A stretch of DNA of 37,554 nt from Thermotogota bacterium (lineage in GTDB: Bacteria; Thermotogota; Thermotogae; Petrotogales; Kosmotogaceae). The stretch's first letter is position 1; each line of letters begins with the position of its first letter. The stretch spans positions 1 through 37,554 of the forward strand of contig JAYEJL010000157.1 of the NCBI GenBank assembly GCA_034660555.1, read 5' to 3'. Of this stretch, positions 37,540-37,554 are shown in pieces. The translations under genes were made by a program, and so were the position numbers. The notes under the pieces were generated by a model. That model searched no databases, was not told the DNA's origin, and worked only from the letters and a program-made list of their open reading frames with translations.

Positions 37540-37554
37540 AAGAGAAAAAAAGAA

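Overview
AT-rich bacterial chromosomal window. Gene content and motifs point to a Thermotogota (Kosmotoga/Mesotoga/Petrotoga-like) organism; this is inference, not a database result. It holds about 35 genes and no recognisable rRNA, tRNA, CRISPR array, integrase or IS. In order: a large lipoprotein subtilase; a 2.6-7.4 kb patch with three apparently damaged genes (PqaA-like and SYLF/Ysc84 genes each broken by one in-frame TAA, plus a PQQ-propeller lipoprotein with a decayed C-terminus) around an ArsB/NhaD-type permease; rtcB-DUF72; a divergent peptide-processing cluster (pcp, nitrilase-family amidase / S9 peptidase, GNAT); comM/yifB; a family 1 encapsulin with ferritin-like cargo; an amidohydrolase; an orphan HemN-like radical SAM gene; a compact three-gene module (DUF1659-like, DUF2922-like, holin-like) with strong RBSs and RNA hairpins; an active plus pseudo-patatin pair behind rbgA; an MMPL transporter; yggS; a compatible-solute operon (sugar ABC importer, ggs, RpiR, mggS) with tandem operators; and a DUF2089/SHOCT/DUF4097 envelope-stress-type operon. 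The best candidate for an undescribed system is the small-gene module at 20.2-21.0 kb. All family assignments come from motif recognition by eye.
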